From Dimorphilus gyrociliatus (Eukaryota > Animalia > Annelida), in contig CAJFCJ010000010.1 in assembly GCA_904063045.1 (NCBI GenBank), forward strand, positions 1,302,001 through 1,366,000: 64,000 bases of DNA, written 5' to 3'. Below the pieces are notes generated by a model that saw only the letters and a list, made by a program, of their open reading frames with translations, was not told the DNA's origin and ran no database searches. Position numbers and translations under genes: made by a program. Below are positions 1 through 10,900 of this stretch, in pieces. Each line of letters starts with the position of its first letter. Positions within the stretch are counted from its first letter, which is position 1.

Positions 1-1650
1 ATCTGTTAGAATTTATCTTTTTAGTGATAAATTATTATATATTCTTACATACAGGTATACAGTATTTATCTGTATATGATGACGTAGAAGCTCAATTATG
101 AATCCTATCAGCTAGCCTAAATGCCCTTAAAGTAAAATTTCTCCTACCTTTGACATTTAATTGTAAAAAGTTGAATTTTGACTGCATAGGTTAATATTTC
201 ATGACTTAAATCTATAAATAGAGACTTTTACTTATCGAGAAAAATAATTAATATAATAATTAAAGAATAATTATGGATATTATTATCTTAAAGTAGACTA
301 GAAAAATAGAATCAATGTGTAAATGTATAATTGTCTGCTATATTAATTTTACAACTCTTGTGTACTTAACCAATAAGAAAAGTCCTTTATAGCATTGTTA
401 AATCGGAACTAAGATAAGTGGAAATATATAAGAGAAAACAAGTCTCATCCAAAGCTTATAAAATTTTTTCTGCCGTTGCTGGGGTAGGGTGGTCGGAAAT
501 GACTATTTAGGCCTGTAACACATATAGCTATTGTCAGTGACCTATATTCTTCGTATTTTCAGAAATAATTCCCAAGTTGCGCAAGGAAGTAATTAAGTAG
601 TTAAGCTACTGGAGTTTTTTCCATTTTCTGCGATTAAGTCCTTTTGAATATTGACCAAAAAGTTTATAAATAGCTATACTGCATGAAATTTTGCGCGAGA
701 TTTTTTCTTTTTATCCTCCTATAGCGGATAATAATTATAATCTTAAAAAAACAATTACATTGCCCTATTTTAGTTTTATTGTCAACAAATGTTTAAACAT
801 TACATGCTTTCTAAATGTCTCTTTCCTGACGGAGACAAGTTAATCACCTATTAACGTTTTCTGTATCGGTTTTCTCTTCTTTTCTTACGAAGAGTCGTAA
901 GACATCCACAACTAATCTTGAAATATAGTTTTATTATTGTACATTCTCTTCATTCAACTTATCCCCTTTCCTCCTCCACTTAGATTATAATACTCAAACG
1001 AAACATCTTTAATTTAAGCCTTTAATAATTTATTTTGTTGAAATAAAAATGTCAAAAATGAAACCATCCAAATTCTATAATGAACCTTTCTTGGAATTTC
1101 AATATTCTCAAAAGGTCTAGAACCTGATCGAAAAAATCTAATTATTATAAAAAAATATATGTTATATCAATACGTAGCAAAAACAGAGAATAGACGATTG
1201 GTAATAAGGGAAGTTATATGTTTGTACTGAATATATGCTGTATCTACTCAATATTTCTCAAAATAGAATTATTCTAGCTGATATTTTTTAATTCGGCTCT
1301 TCATTATCTTATTAATGAATCATTTAAATTTGATACTATTTCTTAATTTGAACAATTCATTACCTAGTTATGATTTATGTGAGTTAGGAGATTTTGTTGT
1401 TTTTCCAAGTATTTAAACTATTAAATATCCATTTAATTATAAATAATCCGTCATAATATATTACATTTCCTTTGTATTGTTGAAGATTTCCATTTACTTT
1501 GTTTATATAGAATTTCCTTTTGTACCTTCCATTTTAATTTGAAATATGAGTATATTTCTATATTATTATTTGTCTTAAATGTATTTCCGACAGATGGCGC
1601 GTTTCTCTAATTTAACAAATTTATTTTTATCATTGTTATTCCCCCTATAG

Positions 1651-1811
1651 GACGCTTGTACAGGAAAACTCTTTGTCCCATGTCTGAAAGAAGGGCAAGT
1701 GTTAAGAGCATCGATTCAGCAATATCTCACAACCAAGCGGAAATAAGGCTTTTAGGCCTTCACAGACCAGAAAACACAGAAGATACCATAGATAGAGAAG
1801 AAGAAAGCTAG
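1651..1811 (+). CDS. Probable terminal coding exon of a gene that begins upstream of the window; product unknown
   Basis: Pyrimidine-rich acceptor ttattccccctatag| at 1650. Phase-1 frame reads (R)RLYRKTLCPMSERRASVKSIDSAISHNQAEIRLLGLHRPENTEDTIDREEES* with TAG at 1809-1811. GC is higher than the flanks, and AATAAA is at 1846-1851. A phase-compatible 26-nt candidate micro-exon lies at 563-588 (ttttcag|...GGAA|gtaatt; NNSQVAQG). No family assignment is possible. Confidence 0.4.
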
Positions 1812-2509
1812 GAAATCATTCAACATTCCGAAGCTAACCTTGGAAAATAAATATATTGAATAATTATAGCAGCTTTTAAGGATCTCGAAAAAGCTTAAAT
1901 GTACAGGCTTACTGTATAAATTGAATTAATCAAAGCGAAAATAATCCTTATAATCTATCGTTTATATGAAACGCTACTTTTTTCCTTTTTAGTTTCATTT
2001 TCCTGGAAATGTATTTATCCTTTTTGAATGTAATCAATCAGTTAAAAAATATTAATAGGAAAAGATCTTGGTACAAATATTTCAAGATCACCCAATTCTT
2101 TATTAATGGGTAATATTTGAGAATAAATTGAGTTTATCAACCAATTAACAAGATTTGAAAATAGAATGAACAAATTGTGAGTAATTTTAATATGTATATC
2201 TAAACTATGTATATAAAATTAATGTATTAACTAAATTTAGTTAAATATCACACTTACATGAATGTGCAAATATCTGAAAGAGCTATTTTATTAATATTTG
2301 GTTAATTATTAATAAATACAGATAATAATATAGCTGATTTTCATTAATACACAAAATTCTATACCTATCTGACAATCTTATTATCTTTTATTTCAATTAT
2401 TCTTAACATTTTTGGCAAATTTCATACCATATTCATTTTGAATTGGTTGCACTTATTATCCATATGAAAGCTTATTTCTTGTCTATCTATTTATAGTATT
2501 AAAAACGAT

Positions 2510-3020
2510 TATGTAAATTGTGATAAACTATATCTCTTTGAAATTACACTGCAAGATTTGAGGATTAAGCTGATTTTGTCAAAGTGTTGTATTTACTTTT
2601 TTCAAAAGCGTCTGGGATCTTGTGATAAGGAGCATTTTCTCTCTAACAGACACAATACTCTCCATTTGGCTTGTTCAGAAGGAAGAGGTATTACTCTTTG
2701 ACATTTATACTATATATATTCTGTATATGTAATTTTAACACTGAAAATGCATAAAAATATTCTCATACATCCTCAGATCCTACCTCTTCTACCATCCATT
2801 GAATTCCTGTTTCTAATTCATTCCTTCTCTACATTAAATTGCCATGTCAGAAAATTGTCTGGCCCACTTAGACTTAACTTCTGCTCATCAGAAATTATTA
2901 TTTTGGCAAGTTCTGTTCCTTATTTAGGCCAGTTTCTGTAAATATTAAAATTTTTCTTCCTTATCTCCTTCTTTAATATAGGTTTGGGAGAAATTTTTCT
3001 TCCAAAATAACTCAGATTTA
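2510..3020 (-). mobile_element. Decayed Tc1/Tc3-like (DDE) transposase fossil
   Basis: Minus-strand translation with stops and frameshifts: RKISPKPILKKEIRKKNFNIYRNWPK*GTELAKIIISDEQKLSLSGPDNFLTWQ...GRI*GCM, then RENAPYHK (NAPYH at 2636->2622) and SA*SSNLAV. These match the Tc3-type motifs W.KV.FSDEKKFNLDGPDG, QDNA..H and SPDLNPIEN in the correct order. SDE is at 2892->2884. No TIRs identified. Confidence 0.65.
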
Positions 3021-4637
3021 CTCAGCGAAAACATGAAAATAATTTCGAAACTAGCAAAGTATATTATACTCTTCTCTTCTATATAGGAATATATTTCATT
3101 TATTGTTTGAATAGAGTCTGTAAAATGATAAATATTTCTTTTAAATCTCTTTCAAATTATAGTAATTTAATTCTTTTTTCTTAATGAAAAATTCATTAAA
3201 TATATCGTCATCTTTATATTAAATTATAGACTTTCCTTATAGCAGCTGGTTATACGGCAAGAGGCAAGAAATGTTGATACATTCATGACTACGTTATTAG
3301 TAATTATTTTGTTCGAAAACTCCCTCTCTCGGTGAAAAAATATTATTTAACTAAGTGGGAAAAGGACGGAAAACTAATTAGACCAGAACAACAGGGGTTA
3401 TTGAATTATACTCTTTCTCATTTTAGTGCGTTAGCATACTTATTTTTAAAAACACAGCTTCCTTTTAATTTTCACTGTTGAACTATTTTTAAATGATCAT
3501 ATATTCTTCAACGACTCCCTTCTATGCTAACTGAATAGGGATTAGGATTAAAACGTATAACTTAATGCTTTTTCTCATTCACATTACCAAACTGCAATGT
3601 TTTTTCTATTTTCAAAAGAAATTACAATTAGGCAAATTCTTTCCAGCATTTTCAAGCTATTCGATACTATTTATCTATACAGTCCCTAATTTGCTAGAAA
3701 AAACTAAACTTTATGTTATTAGGGGTTAAAATTTTGCCTAGCTATTGGATAGTTAAAAATCTACAGATTTTATAGATTAAATGTTAGAAGAAAGATAGAT
3801 ACTAGCTGGTTAATGACCGTTACTGAATGACAAGAGAAATTGATTTTCAAATTAATCAGATTCTCAGGCTCAAAGTTTCAATTCTTGGTGACAGCTTCCG
3901 GACAAGGTTATAAAAAGACCAACTTTAACGATTGAGATTGTGAAATCAGAGAATGTAGCCCATTTTAAAGTCTATTTAATCTAATATAAGCTAAATTGAA
4001 CAGAACTACGAATCTGCAGGATAAATTGTCAAAGTTTAGTCTGAATCATGAAAGGAAGTCCGAGTTATACGAAATGGTTGAAATTAGTTAACTATTAAAA
4101 CTATGCGAATAATATACACTGGTATTTCAGTAGAACGGTCAATATATAGTCCAGCCTTTTAAGTAAATGGCATGATTTCGATGAATTTCCGTAAGCAATA
4201 AAGCGAATGTGGACTGCGGACAAGTTTGGAATTTCCAATCCAATGAAAGACATTCTTTTTCCAGTGGTCGCTCATACTGCAAAGCATCCTCTTAATTGCT
4301 ACGACACCGGCAATTGTTACAGTCTAATCTCAATTGACAGGTGTCTGACGAGTCATGGGAAAACGTGCAATCTAGCGGGAATGGGTAGCTTTCTATACCT
4401 TACTAGTAAATTATGCCTTCCTTTCATTTATTTCTGCCTGATTTCTAATCTTTTCCTCTTTGAATCGACAGGCGTGTTTTAAATAGAACAACTTGAATAC
4501 AAAGTTAAATTAACAGGGCAAAAGTACGTATTCAGTGAGACTTTACGCTATTCTATTTCTTTTAACATACGTTGACATATGCTTTATAGAATATATCAGT
4601 TTATGCATTATTTTCCTATTCCTTCATCCCAGTCGTC

Positions 4638-4745
4638 CTCTCTCTCTCTCTCTCTCATGCGTTTTCCCTCTTTTCTCTCTATCTGTCTGTCTATCCATTT
4701 CTCTCTTTCTCTCTCTCTCTCTTTCTCTTTCTATCTGTTTCTTTC
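4638..4745. repeat. (CT)n / CT-rich microsatellite
   Basis: Imperfect tctctctc... tracts, directly visible. They explain the spurious ORFs 4535-4789 and 4579-4827. Confidence 0.9.
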
Positions 4746-7700
4746 GAAATACTACCATCTCCATGCTTTTTTCTATTTCTTCTTTATAGGCCTATATTTG
4801 ATATGTTTGCGCAAACGTGACAAGTGAAAAAATTTGTTTGTCTGTCACAAATAGTTTAAATGTGTGTTTGTTTCAATTTTAATGAGTTTCCATCTCAAAA
4901 ACGAGTATCTAAAGAGATTTCGAATTAACAAGAGGCATCCTTAATCTACGATATAAATGAGTCAGGTTACCGCTTTAGAGTAGAAAAGCGTCTCTGAAAA
5001 TGGGATACTATAAGAGAAACAGAAAATATCCTAAGATAGAATACGTCACTAATAAAAACTAACGGTAAGCATAAAAAGTTTCCCCATATCGAATAGAATT
5101 ATTATTTATGACCCCCGTATTTATAAAACATTTGTCATACATGATGAATAAATTCTAACATAGATAATGTAAAGTTATAACTGGTTATAAATAGAAGCAA
5201 ACATAATACATTTCTATTCATGATAACAATGAATTATTATTCTACTGATTTCTCTTATTCAGTATTATTTTAACGATTGTAATAAGAATAAGTTATAGTT
5301 TTATTAGATGTTATAGTCATTATATCTTCGTAATTAATTATTGAGTATTCATACAAATACCATCATAATTCTCAAGTGCAATCACTCAAATCATACCTAC
5401 TAGACCGTTACCCTCCTCCTGCCGAAATTTCTATATAGATATATATTTATATATAAATAGTATATTTGATAAATGTATCCCGAACAATGTAATCTACTTG
5501 TATAAACGTATAAAATGTAAAAAGCTATTTTATGATAGTTTTCTTTTATTCCCTCATTTATTAATGTTTATTTCTGTATATAAGCATATAATCATGAAAA
5601 TATTCATTTTCATAAAAGTACAATTAATATAGAACTTTCCAATAAACGTAAATTGTTACAGAGAAAAGACTCGAGAGTTGTAAACTCTGATCTCACGCAA
5701 ATAAACACACTGAAATGGGAAAATTATAACATAGCAAGAAAGGAAAAGAGATTCCTGCCTCTCGTAATAAAATTTATTAAAACTACTCAAACTTATGCTA
5801 ATTAGCTTAACTGTAAAACTGTAAAAAGAGAAATTAAACTAATTATACTTGACAAGGAAAATATTATACAATGGAGATATTAACAGATATTGTTTGCTTG
5901 CTCTATTAAACTTATAGGTCTTATATAGGATAATACGTATAATAACCTTCTAACATATTTTAAAAAGTATACCCCTTTTCATGCATTTTCTACAAAGTTT
6001 ATATGTTAATCTACGTGTATATGCTATAAGAATAAAGTAACCCCGCAGGAAATGAATTGATGAAATTTTTTTCCTCTGACAGATGCTCTTCTTTGCATTG
6101 CTTAATATAAACTACTTTTTTTAAAACTGTCTTACTAAGCGGTAAAAAAAGAAAAACGAATTATTTAATATTAAGATTATTGATAATCATATAATCTATT
6201 GATATGTTTAAATGAAACGCCAAATAAAAATACAACAATTACTGAGGTATAAGGAAAAAGCTAAGCAAAAATGAAATTGAAAGAAAGAGTGCAACGGAAG
6301 GAGGTTGAAGGGTGGGAACTAACGGACAGCTAGAAAGGAAAAGTTAAAAAAGATGGGAAAAAGTCCAATGTTCTAATACATTAAATATTTAGATAAAAGC
6401 GTTAGCTTGTAATGGTATAAATAATTAGATTATGTTTACTACGCAATAGGAGACCTTTGGTAAATAAATATTTTTTTTACCAATGATTTCATAATCATCT
6501 TTGGTTTTTCACATTTTCTTATTATTTTTCCTGTCTATTATATCTCTCCTTAGTCCTTTACTATCAACCTCTTCTCTGTTTATTCTTTGTTCTTACAAAA
6601 AATTCCTTTTTCTTACTCCATTGTTGATCTTGTTGAATGCCGTGAGAAAGAATCATTTATGTAAAAGAAAAAATATCCATATTCTTATATATTTATAGCA
6701 AAATATTCCCTGAGAAAAAACAGTTATTTCGAATGATATACCTTAGCAAATATTTACTCTAATCACAGCATAAAGGGACAATTTAAATGATGAAATATAG
6801 TTTTTTAAAAATGGGAATATATATATATATATAAGTCCACAATATATTTTCTCATTTTCTCCTGCCTGCTGCCTGCCTATTATAATTGTTAGGCAACAAA
6901 TGGTCTCTAACATTTTCTATAGAGAGGATGCTCATAGAAAGTTTATTTATGAAAATAAAGAGACTTATAACACGAAAGTTTGCTTTCAATAAAGAATTAT
7001 ACGTTGCGTGACTCGAACAGTTAAGGATATATCAAAATGTTTTCAAACGAGCGAGGTTGAATCTATAGGTTTAGTCACGTGATAGAGCGTCTGTAATTGC
7101 AGACCAAGTGTCAGGAACACAGATTAATGCCAGATAGAATACGAATTCAGTACTTTCCTTAACCTTTCTTAAGACTTTCTTTATATAAATAAACTAATGA
7201 GTTATTTATTGATTGATTTGCTAGGATCTTGATGTAATTTGTAATTGATATTCTCACTAATACATAAAGCATAATGCAAATATCTAATTATTTGGGATAA
7301 ACTGTAGACAACTTAATACTTTTTACTTAATTTACTCACCGACTAAGGGTAATTTTTAAAGGCAACGTGTCTCCATCGTTTCCTCTCACATTTACAATTA
7401 AATTACTATTATTTAACTGTACGTTTATGCAATTACATTGATAAATTATCCTTTATCGTTCTTAATTTTTTAAATATTTAAAACCAATTCACTAGTAGTT
7501 TATAGCAAGAGCATACAACTTACGTGTATACTTATCTATTTATATATATTCTCCTTTCTTACTTTATAAACATTAAACAGACTTAGATCAATTTGTAATT
7601 ACGTATTAATAAAGTATGAAGAAATCATTATAATTAACCATCGTATTTATTTAATTTGTCAGAATATGAGCTGAGAGAAATTATAAATTCTATTCATCAG

Positions 7701-8819
7701 AAAGTTAATATTTTCTTTGATATAACTAGACAGTAGAAACAAATTAAATCTCCAATTCTCTTTGCTATAAGAATGCTAAAGGTCGAACAAGCTTTCGTGA
7801 AGCATCTTCAGGGTGTATTAGATGAGAAAAAGAAAATAAAAAATCTTCTCAATCTCTTATCCTCTCATCACGAACCCAATCCTAACGAATTCAAGTAGTT
7901 AAGATCAAACACTAGTCGTTAAAGACTAATCACCAAATTTCCGTAGTATTTTACTACTGAAAATCCTTGAGATTTTTATTTTCTTTTTCCTTTTAACTAA
8001 AGTGTAGAGAATTTTTATTGGTTTATTAAATAAACTGAGCATTTTGTATGCAATTTGCCATGAAGACTCTTCTATTCGTATTTATTGTAAAATAAAATTT
8101 TAATGACGAAGTCTTGATGAAAAGAAACTGACTTTAACAAACCAAGATAACATTACCACTTGGTGTCCCTTCGAGACTATAATAAGCGCATTTTCCGTAC
8201 CCCTGAGGAGTTTTTACTGCAGTTTAGACAAACTGGAAAAAAGAGCTTGAAGCAAAACATTATGAAAGGAAAGAATGACTGGAATTGTATATTACATACT
8301 TTATATACATGCGTATAAACTATATATATACATGCAGTATATACAGTAGTATTATACAGTATACGATATAGATCTGCCGATTGTGTGAACTCCATCACAA
8401 TATGATACCTTTTTATTATAAATCGTGCATGCAGTATAGAGTATACACTATACCCAGTATAGATTCTGTATATGTCTACATATTTAGTATTATGATTACA
8501 ATATAGCAAAATCCATACCAGGCTAAGTTCTATATATTTGAAAGTTAAACTACTGATAACGAAATATTGGTATGAAAGAAGGGAAATTATCTTTCTTTAA
8601 TACTTCTATTGGACTGCTATGGATAAAAATAGAAGAAAACTTAATTATTCAGTTTATAAAAGAGTATTGAAAGAAGGAGATAATCCATTTATATTTTAGT
8701 CTTTGATAATTACTTTTATTTTCTGGGAAAAGAAAGACTACTTATAAAAAAGAGAATAAACTAAGTATATAATATTCAAGGCAATATATTAATGTACTTA
8801 CTCTATTTATGAGTGTATA

Positions 8820-9000
8820 CGCATACTGTATATACATATACATATATATATATATATAAATTTATATATACATATACATATATATATATAATATGTAGAT
8901 ATCTGTTAGAAATATGCTGCGTATTATATATCATTCTATAGCTGAGATTTATATATTTATGTGAGTATATATATACGTATATATACAAATAAATACTTAT
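8820..9000. repeat. (TA)n-rich low-complexity tract
   Basis: Interrupted TATATA/TACATA repeats, directly visible. Confidence 0.85.
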
Positions 9001-9727
9001 GTACAAATATATTAAAGATAATGATCATTCTGTTTAGAGAGTAAGACGAACAGGGGAAAGTTGAAACCTGACTTATTTATCCTTCTTAAGCATGGAGATG
9101 GCTTATGCATTCGTATCAATTACTTTTCATAAAAAAAAATTAGCTCAAAGTTTGAAAAATGCAGAATATTTATTCATGTTATTCATGAAATGCTTTATTG
9201 GAAATGTTTGTCTTTCTTATAATAGGCGAAAAGATAAAGTAAAATATTGCTTCGATAAAACAAAACGACCATTTTTGGAGGTGACTGTTATGATTTATCG
9301 CTATTAATATTCCGAAGAGACTCTCTTAATAGGTTATTTGTCAAATTTAATATTTCCTTTACAGATTCAAAGTGTTTACATAACTACTTTCGTTTTCGGA
9401 GGAGATTCTTAAATAAACGAGTGCGTTTCCTCTAAGTTGCATAGGTGGTACTTAACTTTTTGCAGTATAAAGTGCATATTATATAAGATTATATGCAAAA
9501 TTGTCTAAATAGATTTTTAAAAATGAAAATCTTATTTGAATAATTCTCAAGTTCTCGAAATAATTCAATTCTTATTATATACATCGATGGAATAAACGCA
9601 ATCAAATCTAAAAGTCTAAAAGCAATAAGCTGAATAGAAGTATTTTTCATCAATATCGTCTATAAAACTTGTAACCATAGATAATGAATTAAGTTTTCCA
9701 TGTTTTTCCGAACTATATACAGTATAG

Positions 9728-9850
9728 ATCCGAGACAATTGATGAGTTCTTTGATGCATTACGACCGGTAATGCGGTCAATGTCAAGGAAACACAGGAAA
9801 TGGGATAGCACGCACAAGAACAAGATGGCAAAGTGTTTCAATACATGATA
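9728..9850 (+). mobile_element. Possible decayed LTR-retrotransposon gag-like fragment or orphan exon
   Basis: A GC-elevated island reads SETIDEFFDALRPVMRSMSRKHRKWDSTHKNKMAKCFNT*. ETIDEF...LR resembles the E(S/T)IDE(F/Y)..RLR motif common in Ty3/Gypsy gag. It lies about 0.8 kb upstream of the RT fossil, on the same strand. The similarity is weak. Confidence 0.25.
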
Positions 9851-10658
9851 AAAGAACTTGAGGAAGGGGACAATATGAAAAACAATTTAGACTAGAATGA
9901 GCTTTTATGCACTGCGATCATCTTCTAGCTTTGATTAAATTTTGCCAGAAGTTACAATTTTTCAGCTAAAAAAGGACACTCTGTCCACGCAGATATCTAA
10001 AATGGTAAAAGGGAGGTGACAGGTACAATTATCTTAGGAGAGGGGAGATACTGATGCCAAAGGCTCTACTTTCTGCATAGACTGCCTTTTCCATAGTTTT
10101 TTACAGTTTTGTATAAAGTTAAAATCCGTTAAATGTACTATTTATTCTTGGAACAATTCAATAGATGAATTAATATAACGAATTACCTGATTTTCGTGAT
10201 TTAGAAAGCTTTAATTTCTCTTGTAATGTTATTTAAATAAATATTCAATTGAAAAGTGTTTCTTTATCCTTTTTATATAGATTTTATTAATAGATTTTAA
10301 TTTCATTTCGTTAAATTAACAAATAGAATAAGCAGTATATCATTTTCAAATATTGCTTGCAAAATATGAATAGATATATAGAAACAGAAATAGAAAACAT
10401 CAAAATATGTAAAACCAGTAATTTAATTGTCAAATGATGGATAATTAGATTTTTGTTATTGTTAGCATTTTTTTTATTTTTATGTTTCAGGTTTTACAAT
10501 TCATAAATGTATTAAACTAGTTGATGGAAAAATGTAATTGTTTGTGTGATGATTATTTTAGAAATGACTATAAATCTATAAGAAATCTTCTAGCCAGTTG
10601 ATCGATTTCTTTTTATTTCATTTACTTTAATTTTGCTTTAGAATTCATTGGAAAATGG

Positions 10659-10900
10659 GACCAAATGGTAGCTATCATCAGACTACGAAAACTGCCAAGG
10701 TCTCTAAAGTTACAGTTCATTTGGCTCCTACAGTTTTTAGAGGATTATGGAGGGTCTCCTTGAAGTAGTGACAGGGTTGTTAGCTTGCTTAAATCATGGC
10801 TAATTTCAAGTTAGACAATTTTTATATAACAATTTAGGAGATAACTCTGACCGGGGCATTTTCTGATTATATAAGATAAGTATACATTTGGGGTATGGCA
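10659..10900 (+). mobile_element. Decayed Ty3/Gypsy-type reverse transcriptase fossil
   Basis: GSYHQ (YHQ at 10673-10681), then LAPTVF[1-nt deletion restoring Q]RIMEGLLEVVTGLLACLNH, then ISIHLGY near 10880-10896. These match the LTR-RT motifs AYHQ, (S/N)AP..FQR.M..LL, YLDD and V.YLG in order. TGC TTA AAT CAT is one substitution per altered codon away from YLDD. Confidence 0.55.

Noticed and set aside
2650-2687. Exon-like segment ctaacag|...GAG|gtatta on the plus strand
   Set aside because: It lies antisense within the Tc3-like fossil and downstream of the putative stop at 1811; there is no partner exon.
4207-4482. 91-aa ORF in a mildly GC-elevated patch
   Set aside because: No recognisable motif in any of the frames I translated and no consistent splice signals.
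7773-7898. 41-aa ORF MLKVEQAFVKHLQGVLDEKKK..., faintly like a LINE pre-RT motif
   Set aside because: One weak motif only, with no other LINE features nearby.
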